Origin: Eledone cirrhosa
Taxonomy: Eukaryota
Assembly (NCBI GenBank): GCA_964016885.1
Contig: OZ024740.1
Location: 388,492,001 to 388,556,000, forward strand
Reading direction: 5' to 3'
DNA length: 64,000 nt
The position numbers and the translations under genes are program-made. The notes under the pieces are model-generated. The model was given only the letters and a program-made list of their open reading frames with translations. It had not been told where the DNA came from and ran no database searches. Below, in pieces: positions 14,301 through 28,000 of the stretch; position 1 is the stretch's first letter; every line of letters begins with the position of its first letter.

Positions 14301-17300
14301 AGTCTAGGGAGAGAGACAAGGGAGACTATATCAAGACTAGTATATGTCTACAATCTAGGGAGAGAGACAAAGGTGACTATATTAAAACTAGTATATGTCT
14401 ACAGTCTAGGGAGAGAGACAAGGGAGACTATATTAAAACTAGTATATGTCTACAGTCTAGGGAGAGAGACAAGGGAGACTATATTAAGACTAGTATATGT
14501 CTACAGTCTAGGGAGAGAGACAAGGGAGACTATATTAAGACTAGTATACGTCTACAGTCTAGGGAGAGAGACAAAGGTGACTATTTTACGACTAGTATAC
14601 GTCTACAGTCTAGGGAGAGAGACAAGGGAGACTATATTAAGACTAGTACATGTTTATAGTCTAGGGAGAGAGACAAAGGTGACTATATTAAGACTAGTAT
14701 ATGTCTACAATCTAGGGAGAGAGACAAAGGTGACAATATTAAGACTAGTATATGTCTACAGTCTAGGGAGAGAGACAAGGGAGACTATATTAAGACTAGT
14801 ATATGTCTACAGTCTAGGGAGAGAGACAAAGGTGACTATATTAAGACTAGTATATGTCTACAATCTAGGGAGAGAGACAAAGGTGACAATATTAAGACTA
14901 GTATATGTCTACAGTCTAGGGAGAGAGACAGGGGAGACTATATTAAGACTAGTATATGTCTACAGTCTAGGGACAGAGACAAGGGAGACTATATTAAGAC
15001 TAGTATATGTCTACAGTCTAGGGAGAGAGACAAAGGTGACAATATTAAGACTAGTATATGTCTACAGTCTAGGGAGAGAGACAAGGGAGACTATATTAAG
15101 ACTAGTATATGTCTACAGTCTAGGGAGAGAGACAAAGGTGACTATATTAAGACTAGTATATGTCTACAGTCTAGGGAGAGAGACAAGGGAGACTATATTA
15201 AGACTAGTATATGTCTACAGTCTAGGGAGAGAGACAAGGGAGACCATATTAAGACTAGTATATGTCTACAGTCTAGGGAAAGAGACAAAGGAGACTATAT
15301 TAAGACTAGTATATGTCTACACTCTAGGGAGAGAGAGAAAGGTGACCATATTAAGACTAGTATATGTCTACAATCTAGGGAGAGAGATAAGGGAGACTAT
15401 ATCAAGACTAGTATACGTCTACAGTCTAGAGAGAGAGAGACAAAGGTGACTATATCAAGACTAGTATACGTCTACAGTCTAGGGAGAAAGACAAGGGAGA
15501 CTATATCAAGACTAGTAAATGTCTACAGTCTAGGGAAAGAGACAAAGGAGACTATATTAAGACTAGTATACGTCTACAGTCTAGGGAGAGAGACAAGGGA
15601 GACTATATTAAGACTAGTATATGTCTACAGTCTAGGGAGAGAGACAAGGGTGACTATATTAAGACTAGTATACGTCTACAGTCTAGGGAGAGAGACAAGG
15701 GAGACTATATTAAGACTAGTATATGTCTACAGTCTAGGGAAAGAGACAAAGGAGACTATATTAAGACTAGTATATGTCTACAGTCTAGGGAGAGAGACAA
15801 GGGAGACTATATTAAGACTAGTATATGTCTACAGTCTAGGGAGAGAGAGACAAGGGGGACTATATTAAGACTAGTATATGTCTACAGTCTAGGGAGAGAG
15901 ACACCTGGTGACTATATTAAGACAAGTATACGTCTACAGTCTAGGGAGAGAGACAAGGGAGACTATATTAAGACTAGTATATGTTTATAGTCTAGGGAGA
16001 GAGACAAATGTGACTATATTAAGACTAGTATACGTCTACAGTCTAGGGAGAGAGACAAGGGAGACTATATTAAGACTAGTATATGTCTACAGTCTAGGGA
16101 GAGAGACAAAGGTGACTATATTAAGACTAGTATATGTCTACAGTCTAGGGAGAGAGAGACAAGGGAGACTATATTAAGACGAGTATTCGTCTACAGTCTA
16201 GGGAGAGAGACAAGGGAGACTATATTAAGACTAGTATATGTCTACAGTCTAGGGAGAGAGACAAAGGTGACTATATTAAGACTAGTATACGTCTACAGTC
16301 TAGGGAGAGAGACAAGGGAGACTATATTAAGACTAGTATACGTCTACAGTCTAGGGAGAGAGACAAGGGAGACTATATTAAGACTAGTATATGTCTACAG
16401 TCTAGGGAGAGAGACAAGGGAGACTATATTAAGACTAGTATATGTCTACAGTCTAGGGAGAGAGACAAGGGAGACTATATTAAGACTAGTATATGTCTAC
16501 AGTCTAGGGAGAGAGACAAGGGAGACTATATTAAGACTAGTATACGTCTACAGTCTAGGGAGAGAGACAAGGGAGACTATATTAAGACTAGTATATGTCT
16601 ACAGTCTAGGGAGAGAGACAAGGGAGACTAAATTAAGACTAGTATACGTCTACAGTCTAGGGAGAGAGACAAGGGAGACTATATTAAGACTAGTATATGT
16701 CTACAGTCTAGGGAGAGAGACAAGGGAGACTATATCAAGACTAGTATATGTCTATATTCTAGGGAGAGAGACAAAGGTGACAATATTAAGACTAGTATAT
16801 GTCTACAGTCTAGGGAGAGAGACAAAGGAGACTATATTAAGACTAGTATACGTCTACAGTCCAGAGAGAGAGACAAGGGAGACTATATTAAGACTAGTAT
16901 ATGTCTACAGTCTAGGGAGAGAGACAAAGGAGACTATATTAAGACTAGAATATGTCTACAGTCTAGGGAGAGAGACAAAGGTGACTATATTAAGACTAGT
17001 ATACGTCTACAGTCTAGGGAGAGAGACAAAGGAGACTATATTAAAACTAGTATATGTCTACAGTCCAGGGAGAGAGACAAAGGAGACTATATTAAGACTA
17101 GTATACGTCTACAGTCTAGGGAGAGAGACAAGGGAGACTATATTAAGACTAGTATATGTCTACAGTCTAGGGAGAGAGACAAAGGTGACTATATTAAGAC
17201 TAGTATACGTCTACAGTCTAGGGAGAGAGACAAGGGAGACTATATTAAGACTAGTATATGTCTACAGTCTAGGGAGAGAGAGAAAGGTGACCATATTAAG

Positions 17301-20300
17301 ACTAGTATATGTCTACAATCTAGGGAGAGAGACAAGGGAGACTATATTAAGACTAGTATACGTCTACAGTCTAGGGAGAGAGACAAAGGAGACTATATTA
17401 AGACTAGTATATGTCTACAATCTAGGGAGAGAGACAAAGGTGACTATATTAAAACTAGTATATGTCTACAGTCTAGGGAGAGAGACAAGGGAGACTATAT
17501 TAAAACTAGTATATGTCTACAGTCTAGGGAGAGAGACAAGGGAGACTATATTAAGACTAGTATATGTCTACAGTCTAGGGAGAGAGACAAGGGAGACTAT
17601 ATTAAGACTAGTATACGTCTACAGTCTAGGGAGAGAGACAAAGGTGACTATTTTACGACTAGTATACGTCTACAGTCTAGGGAGAGAGACAAGGGAGACT
17701 ATATTAAGACTAGTACATGTTTATAGTCTAGGGAGAGAGACAAAGGTGACTATATTAAGACTAGTATATGTCTACAATCTAGGGAGAGAGACAAAGGTGA
17801 CAATATTAAGACTAGTATATGTCTACAGTCTAGGGAGAGAGACAAGGGAGACTATATTAAGACTAGTATATGTCTACAGTCTTGGGAGAGAGTCAAAGGT
17901 GACTATATTAAGACTAGTATATGTCTACAATCTAGGGAGAGAGACAAAGGTGACAATATTAAGACTAGTATATGTCTACAGTCTAGGGAGAGAGACAAGG
18001 GAGACTATATTAAGACTAGTATATGTCTACAGTCTAGGGACAGAGACAAGGGAGACTATATTAAGACTAGTATATGTCTACAGTCTAGGGAGAGAGACAA
18101 AGGTGACAATATTAAGACTAGTATATGTCTACAGTCTAGGGAGAGAGACAAGGGAGACTATATTAAGACTAGTATATGTCTACAGTCTAGGGAGAGAGAC
18201 AAGGGAGACCATATTAAGACTAGTATATGTCTACAGTCTAGGGAAAGAGACAAAGGAGACTATATTAAGACTAGTATATGTCGACACTCTAGGGAGAGAG
18301 AGAAAGGTGACCATATTAAGACTAGTATATGTCTACAATCTAGGGAGAGAGATAAGGGAGACTATATCAAGACTAGTATACGTCTACATCTAGAGAGAGA
18401 GAGACAAAGGTGACTATATCAAGACTAGTATACGTCTACAGTCTAGGGAGAAAGACAAGGGAGACTATATCAAGACTAGTAAATGTCTACAGTCTAGGGA
18501 AAGAGACAAAGGAGACTATATTAAGACTAGTATACGTCTACAGTCTAGGGAGAGAGACAAGGGAGACTATATTAAGACTAGTATATGTCTACAGTCTAGG
18601 GAGAGAGAAAAAGGTGACTATATTAAGACTAGTATACGTCTACAGTCTAGGGAGAGAGACAAGGGAGACTATATTAAGACTAGTATATGTCTACAGTCTA
18701 GGGAAAGAGACAAAGGAGACTATATTAAGACTAGTATATGTCTACAGTCTAGGGAGAGAGACAAGGGAGACTATATTAAGACTAGTATATGTCTACAGTC
18801 TAGGGAGAGAGAGACAAGGGGGACTATATTAAGACTAGTATATGTCTACAGTCTAGGGAGAGAGACACCTGGTGACTATATTAAGACAAGTATACGTCTA
18901 CAGTCTAGGGAGAGAGACAAGGGAGACTATATTAAGACTAGTATATGTTTATAGTCTAGGGAGAGAGACAAATGTGACTATATTAAGACTAGTATACGTC
19001 TACAGTCTAGGGAGAGAGACAAGGGAGACTATATTAAGACTAGTATATGTCTACAGTCTAGGGAGAGAGACAAAGGTGACTATATTAAGACTAGTATATG
19101 TCTACAGTCTAGGGAGAGAGAGACAAGGGAGACTATATTAAGACGAGTATACGTCTACAGTCTAGGGAGAGAGACAAGGGAGACTATATTAAGACTAGTA
19201 TATGTCAACAGTCTAGGGAGAGAGACAAGGGAGACTATATTAAGACTAGTATATGTCTACAGTCTAGGGAGAGAGACAAGGGAGACTATATTAAGACTAG
19301 TATATGTCTACAGTCTAGGGAGAGAGACGAGGGAGACTATATTAAGACTAGTATACGTCTACAGTCTAGGGAGAGAGACAAGGGAGACTATATTAAGACT
19401 AGTATATGTCTACAGTCTAGGGAGAGAGACAAGGGAGACTAAATTAAGACTAGTATACGTCTACAGTCTAGGGAGAGAGACAACGGAGACTATATTAAGA
19501 CTAGTATATGTCTACAGTCTAGGGAGAGAGACAAGGGAGACTATATCAAGACTAGTATATGTCTACAATCTAGGGAGAGAGACAAAGGTGACTATATTAA
19601 AACTAGTATATGTCTACAGTCTAGGGAGAGAGACAAGGGAGACTATATTAAAACTAGTATATGTCTACAGTCTAGGGAGAGAGACAAGGGAGACTATATT
19701 AAGACTAGTATATGTCTACAGTCTAGGGAGAGAGACAAGGGAGACTATATTAAGACTAGTATACGTCTACAGTCTAGGGAGAGAGACAAAGGTGACTATT
19801 TTACGACTAGTATACGTCTACAGTCTAGGGAGAGAGACAAGGGAGACTATATTAAGACTAGTACATGTTTATAGTCTAGGGAGAGAGACAAAGGTGACTA
19901 TATTAAGACTAGTATATGTCTACAATCTAGGGAGAGAGACAAAGGTGACAATATTAAGACTAGTATATGTCTACAGTCTAGGGAGAGAGACAAGGGAGAC
20001 TATATTAAGACTAGTATATGTCTACAGTCTAGGGAGAGAGACAAAGGTGACTATATTAAGACTAGTATATGTCTACAATCTAGGGAGAGAGACAAAGGTG
20101 ACAATATTAAGACTAGTATATGTCTACAGTCTAGGGAGAGAGACAGGGGAGACTATATTAAGACTAGTATATGTCTACAGTCTAGGGACAGAGACAAGGG
20201 AGACTATATTAAGACTAGTATATGTCTACAGTCTAGGGAGAGAGACAAAGGTGACAATATTAAGACTAGTATATGTCTACAGTCTAGGGAGAGAGACAAG

Positions 20301-22030
20301 GGAGACTATATTAAGACTAGTATATGTCTACAGTCTAGGGAGAGAGACAAAGGTGACTATATTAAGACTAGTATATGTCTACAGTCTAGGGAGAGAGACA
20401 AGGGAGACTATATTAAGACTAGTATATGTCTACAGTCTAGGGAGAGAGACAAGGGAGACCATATTAAGACTAGTATATGTCTACAGTCTAGGGAAAGAGA
20501 CAAAGGAGACTATATTAAGACTAGTATATGTCTACACTCTAGGGAGAGAGAGAAAGGTGACCATATTAAGACTAGTATATGTCTACAATCTAGGGAGAGA
20601 GATAAGGGAGACTATATCAAGACTAGTATACGTCTACAGTCTAGAGAGAGAGAGACAAAGGTGACTATATCAAGACTAGTATACGTCTACAGTCTAGGGA
20701 GAAAGACAAGGGAGACTATATCAAGACTAGTAAATGTCTACAGTCTAGGGAAAGAGACAAAGGAGACTATATTAAGACTAGTATACGTCTACAGTCTAGG
20801 GAGAGAGACAAGGGAGACTATATTAAGACTAGTATATGTCTACAGTCTAGGGAGAGAGACAAGGGTGACTATATTAAGACTAGTATACGTCTACAGTCTA
20901 GGGAGAGAGACAAGGGAGACTATATTAAGACTAGTATATGTCTACAGTCTAGGGAAAGAGACAAAGGAGACTATATTAAGACTAGTATATGTCTACAGTC
21001 TAGGGAGAGAGACAAGGGAGACTATATTAAGACTAGTATATGTCTACAGTCTAGGGAGAGAGAGACAAGGGGGACTATATTAAGACTAGTATATGTCTAC
21101 AGTCTAGGGAGAGAGACACCTGGTGACTATATTAAGACAAGTATACGTCTACAGTCTAGGGAGAGAGACAAGGGAGACTATATTAAGACTAGTATATGTT
21201 TATAGTCTAGGGAGAGAGACAAATGTGACTATATTAAGACTAGTATACGTCTACAGTCTAGGGAGAGAGACAAGGGAGACTATATTAAGACTAGTATATG
21301 TCTACAGTCTAGGGAGAGAGACAAAGGTGACTATATTAAGACTAGTATATGTCTACAGTCTAGGGAGAGAGAGACAAGGGAGACTATATTAAGACGAGTA
21401 TACGTCTACAGTCTAGGGAGAGAGACAAGGGAGACTATATTAAGACTAGTATATGTCTACAGTCTAGGGAGAGAGACAAAGGTGACTATATTAAGACTAG
21501 TATACGTCTACAGTCTAGGGAGAGAGACAAGGGAGACTATATTAAGACTAGTATACGTCTACAGTCTAGGGAGAGAGACAAGGGAGACTATATTAAGACT
21601 AGTATATGTCTACAGTCTAGGGAGAGAGACAAGGGAGACTATATTAAGACTAGTATATGTCTACAGTCTAGGGAGAGAGACAAGGGAGACTATATTAAGA
21701 CTAGTATATGTCTACAGTCTAGGGAGAGAGACAAGGGAGACTATATTAAGACTAGTATACGTCTACAGTCTAGGGAGAGAGACAAGGGAGACTATATTAA
21801 GACTAGTATATGTCTACAGTCTAGGGAGAGAGACAAGGGAGACTAAATTAAGACTAGTATACGTCTACAGTCTAGGGAGAGAGACAAGGGAGACTATATT
21901 AAGACTAGTATATGTCTACAGTCTAGGGAGAGAGACAAGGGAGACTATATCAAGACTAGTATATGTCTATATTCTAGGGAGAGAGACAAAGGTGACAATA
22001 TTAAGACTAGTATATGTCTACAGTCTAGGG
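11340..22030. repeat. Higher-order tandem duplication within the satellite (unit ~5.2-5.5 kb)
   Basis: Rare variants recur at offset 5215: GACGAGGG ~14112/19327, CAACGGAG ~14267/19482, and ORF starts 13657/18872, 14373/19588, 15446/20661, 15908/21123, 16267/21482. The offset is 5473 upstream of a 258-bp extra duplication (12937/18410). Confidence 0.9.
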
Positions 22031-25000
22031 AGAGAGACAAGGGAGACTATATTAAGACTAGTATATGTCTACAGTCTAGGGAGAGAGAGACAAAGGTGAC
22101 TATATCAAGACTAGTATACGTCTACAATCTAGGGAGAGAGACAAAGGTGACAATATTAAGACTAGTATACGTCTACAGTCTAGGGAGAGAGACAAAGGTG
22201 ACTATATTAAGACTAGCATATGTCTACAGTCTAGGGAGAGAGACAAGGGAGACTATATTAAGACTAGTATACGTCTACAGTCTAGGGACAGAGACAAGGG
22301 AGACCATATTAAGACTAGTATATGTCTACAGTCCAGGGAGAGAGACAAGGAGACTATATTAAGACTAGTATATGTCTACAATCTAGGGAGAGAGACAAAG
22401 GTGACTATATTAAGACTAGTATATGTCTACAGTCTAGGGAGAGAGACAAGGGAGACTATATTAAGACTAGTATACGTCTACAGTCTAGGGAGATTGAGAA
22501 ATGTCACTATATTAAGACTAGTATATGTCTACAGTCTAGGGAGAGAGACAAGGGAGACTATATTAAGACTAGTATATGTCTACAGTCTAGGGAGAGAGAC
22601 AAATGTGACTCTATTAAGACTAGTATATGTCTACAGTCTAGGGAGAGAGACAAAGGAGACTATATTAAGACTAGTATATGTCTACAGTCTAGGGAGAGAG
22701 ACAAAGGTGACTATATTAAGACTAGCATATGTCTACAGTCTAGGGAGAGAGACAAGGGAGACTATATTAAGACTAGTATACGTCTACAGTCTAGGGAGAG
22801 AGACAAGGGAGACTATATTAAGACTAGTATATGTCTACAGTCTAGGGAGAGAGACAAGGGAGACTATATTAAGACTAGTATATGTCTACAGTCTAGGGAG
22901 AGAGACAAGGGAGACCATATTAAAACTAGTATATGTCTACAGTCTAGGGAGAGAGACAAATGTGACTATATTAAGACTAGTATACGTCTACAGTCTAGGG
23001 AGAGAGACAAGGGAGACTATATTAAGACTAGTATATGTCTACAGTCTAGGGAGAGAGACAAAGGTGACTATATTAAGACTAGTATACGTCTACAGTCTAG
23101 GGAGAGAGACAAGGGAGACTATATTAAGACTAGTATATGTCTACAGTCTAGGGAAAGAGACAAAGGAGACTATATTAAGACTAGTATATGTCTACAGTCT
23201 AGGGAGAGAGACAAGGGAGACTATATTAAGACTAGTATATGTCTACAGTCTAGGGAGAGAGAGACAAGGGGGACTATATTAAGACTAGTATATGTCTACA
23301 GTCTAGGGAGAGAGACACCTGGTGACTATATTAAGACAAGTATACGTCTACAGTCTAGGGAGAGAGACAAGGGAGACTATATTAAGACTAGCATATGTTT
23401 ATAGTCTAGGGAGAGAGACAAATGTGACTATATTAAGACTAGTATACGTCTACAGTCTAGGGAGAGAGACAAGGGAGACTATATTAAGACTAGTATATGT
23501 CTACAGTCTAGGGAGAGAGACAAAGGTGACTATATTAAGACTAGTATATGTCTACAGTCTAGGGAGAGAGAGACAAGGGAGACTATATTAAGACGAGTAT
23601 ACGTCTACAGTCTAGGGAGAGAGACAAGGGAGACTATATTAAGACTAGTATATGTCTACAGTCTAGGGAGAGAGACAAAGGTGACTATATTAAGACTAGT
23701 ATACGTCTACAGTCTAGGGAGAGAGACAAGGGAGACTATATTAAGACTAGTATACGTCTACAGTCTAGGGAGAGAGACAAGGGAGACTATATTAAGACTA
23801 GTATATGTCTACAGTCTAGGGAGAGAGACAAGGGAGACTATATTAAGACTAGTATATGTCTACAGTCTAGGGAGAGAGACAAAGGTGACAATATTAAGAC
23901 TAGTATATGTCTACAGTCTAGGGAGAGAGACAAGGGAGACTATATTAAGACTAGTATATGTCTACAGTCTAGGGAGAGAGACAAAGGTGACTATATTAAG
24001 ACTAGTATATGTCTACAGTCTAGGGAGAGAGACAAGGGAGACTATATTAAGACTAGTATATGTCTACAGTCTAGGGAGAGAGACAAGGGAGACCATATTA
24101 AGACTAGTATATGTCTACAGTCTAGGGAAAGAGACAAAGGAGACTATATTAAGACTAGTATATGTCTACACTCTAGGGAGAGAGAGAAAGGTGACCATAT
24201 TAAGACTAGTATATGTCTACAATCTAGGGAGAGAGATAAGGGAGACTATATCAAGACTAGTATACGTCTACAGTCTAGAGAGAGAGAGACAAAGGTGACT
24301 ATATCAAGACTAGTATACGTCTACAGTCTAGGGAGAAAGACAAGGGAGACTATATCAAGACTAGTAAATGTCTACAGTCTAGGGAAAGAGACAAAGGAGA
24401 CTATATTAAGACTAGTATACGTCTACAGTCTAGGGAGAGAGACAAGGGAGACTATATTAAGACTAGTATATGTCTACAGTCTAGGGAGAGAGACAAGGGT
24501 GACTATATTAAGACTAGTATACGTCTACAGTCTAGGGAGAGAGACAAGGGAGACTATATTAAGACTAGTATATGTCTACAGTCTAGGGAAAGAGACAAAG
24601 GAGACTATATTAAGACTAGTATATGTCTACAGTCTAGGGAGAGAGACAAGGGAGACTATATTAAGACTAGTATATGTCTACAGTCTAGGGAGAGAGAGAC
24701 AAGGGGGACTATATTAAGACTAGTATATGTCTACAGTCTAGGGAGAGAGACACCTGGTGACTATATTAAGACAAGTATACGTCTACAGTCTAGGGAGAGA
24801 GACAAGGGAGACTATATTAAGACTAGTATATGTTTATAGTCTAGGGAGAGAGACAAATGTGACTATATTAAGACTAGTATACGTCTACAGTCTAGGGAGA
24901 GAGACAAGGGAGACTATATTAAGACTAGTATATGTCTACAGTCTAGGGAGAGAGACAAAGGTGACTATATTAAGACTAGTATATGTCTACAGTCTAGGGA

Positions 25001-28000
25001 GAGAGAGACAAGGGAGACTATATTAAGACGAGTATACGTCTACAGTCTAGGGAGAGAGACAAGGGAGACTATATTAAGACTAGTATATGTCTACAGTCTA
25101 GGGAGAGAGACAAAGGTGACTATATTAAGACTAGTATACGTCTACAGTCTAGGGAGAGAGACAAGGGAGACTATATTAAGACTAGTATACGTCTACAGTC
25201 TAGGGAGAGAGACAAGGGAGACTATATTAAGACTAGTATATGTCTACAGTCTAGGGAGAGAGACAAGGGAGACTATATTAAGACTAGTATATGTCTACAG
25301 TCTAGGGAGAGAGACAAGGGAGACTATATTAAGACTAGTATATGTCTACAGTCTAGGGAGAGAGACAAGGGAGACTATATTAAGACTAGTATACGTCTAC
25401 AGTCTAGGGAGAGAGACAAGGGAGACTATATTAAGACTAGTATATGTCTACAGTCTAGGGAGAGAGACAAGGGAGACTAAATTAAGACTAGTATACGTCT
25501 ACAGTCTAGGGAGAGAGACAAGGGAGACTATATTAAGACTAGTATATGTCTACAGTCTAGGGAGAGAGACAAGGGAGACTATATCAAGACTAGTATATGT
25601 CTATATTCTAGGGAGAGAGACAAAGGTGACAATATTAAGACTAGTATATGTCTACAGTCTAGGGAGAGAGACAAGGGAGACTATATTAAGACTAGTATAT
25701 GTCTACAGTCTAGGGAGAGAGAGACAAAGGAGACTATATCAAGACTAGTATACGTCTACAATCTAGGGAGAGAGACAAAGGTGACAATATTAAGACTAGT
25801 ATACGTCTACAGTCTAGGGAGAGAGACAAAGGTGACTATATTAAGACTAGCATATGTCTACAGTCTAGGGAGAGAGACAAGGGAGACTATATTAAGACTA
25901 GTATACGTCTACAGTCTAGGGACAGAGACAAGGGAGACCATATTAAGACTAGTATATGTCTACAGTCCAGGGAGAGAGACAAGGAGACTATATTAAGACT
26001 AGTATATGTCTACAATCTAGGGAGAGAGACAAAGGTGACTATATTAAGACTAGTATATGTCTACAGTCTAGGGAGAGAGACAAGGGAGACTATATTAAGA
26101 CTAGTATACGTCTACAGTCTAGGGAGATTGAGAAATGTCACTATATTAAGACTAGTATATGTCTACAGTCTAGGGAGAGAGACAAGGGAGACTATATTAA
26201 GACTAGTATATGTCTACAGTCTAGGGAGAGAGACAAATGTGACTCTATTAAGACTAGTATATGTCTACAGTCTAGGGAGAGAGACAAAGGAGACTATATT
26301 AAGACTAGTATATGTCTACAGTCTAGGGAGAGAGACAAAGGTGACTATATTAAGACTAGCATATGTCTACAGTCTAGGGAGAGAGACAAGGGAGACTATA
26401 TTAAGACTAGTATACGTCTACAGTCTAGGGAGAGAGACAAGGGAGACTATATTAAGACTAGTATATGTCTACAGTCTAGGGAGAGAGACAAGGGAGACTA
26501 TATTAAGACTAGTATATGTCTACAGTCTAGGGAGAGAGACAAGGGAGACCATATTAAAACTAGTATATGTCTACAGTCTAGGGAGAGAGACAAATGTGAC
26601 TATATTAAGACTAGTATACGTCTACAGTCTAGGGAGAGAGACAAGGGAGACTATATTAAGACTAGTATATGTCTACAGTCTAGGGAGAGAGACAAAGGTG
26701 ACTATATTAAGACTAGTATACGTCTACAGTCTAGGGAGAGAGACAAGGGAGACTATATTAAGACTAGTATATGTCTACAGTCTAGGGAAAGAGACAAAGG
26801 AGACTATATTAAGACTAGTATATGTCTACAGTCTAGGGAGAGAGACAAGGGAGACTATATTAAGACTAGTATATGTCTACAGTCTAGGGAGAGAGAGACA
26901 AGGGGGACTATATTAAGACTAGTATATGTCTACAGTCTAGGGAGAGAGACACCTGGTGACTATATTAAGACAAGTATACGTCTACAGTCTAGGGAGAGAG
27001 ACAAGGGAGACTATATTAAGACTAGCATATGTTTATAGTCTAGGGAGAGAGACAAATGTGACTATATTAAGACTAGTATACGTCTACAGTCTAGGGAGAG
27101 AGACAAGGGAGACTATATTAAGACTAGTATATGTCTACAGTCTAGGGAGAGAGACAAAGGTGACTATATTAAGACTAGTATATGTCTACAGTCTAGGGAG
27201 AGAGAGACAAGGGAGACTATATTAAGACGAGTATACGTCTACAGTCTAGGGAGAGAGACAAGGGAGACTATATTAAGACTAGTATATGTCTACAGTCTAG
27301 GGAGAGAGACAAAGGTGACTATATTAAGACTAGTATACGTCTACAGTCTAGGGAGAGAGACAAGGGAGACTATATTAAGACTAGTTTATGTCTACAGTCT
27401 AGGGAGAGAGACAAGGGAGACTATATTAAGACTAGTATATGTCTACAGTCTAGGGAAAGAGACAAAGGAGACTATATTAAGACTAGTATATGTCTACAGT
27501 CTAGGGAGAGAGACAAGGGAGACTATATTAAGACTAGTATATGTCTACAGTCTAGGGAGAGAGAGACAAGGGGGACTATATTAAGACTAGTATATGTCTA
27601 CAGTCTAGGGAGAGAGACACCTGGTGACTATATTAAGACAAGTATACGTCTACAGTCTAGGGAGAGAGACAAGGGAGACTATATTAAGACTAGTATATGT
27701 TTATAGTCTAGGGAGAGAGACAAATGTGACTATATTAAGACTAGTATACGTCTACAGTCTAGGGAGAGAGACAAGGGAGACTATATTAAGACTAGTATAT
27801 GTCTACAGTCTAGGGAGAGAGACAAAGGTGACTATATTAAGACTAGTATATGTCTACAGTCTAGGGAGAGAGAGACAAGGGAGACTATATTAAGACGAGT
27901 ATACGTCTACAGTCTAGGGAGAGAGACAAGGGAGACTATATTAAGACTAGTATATGTCTACAGTCTAGGGAGAGAGACAAAGGTGACTATATTAAGACTA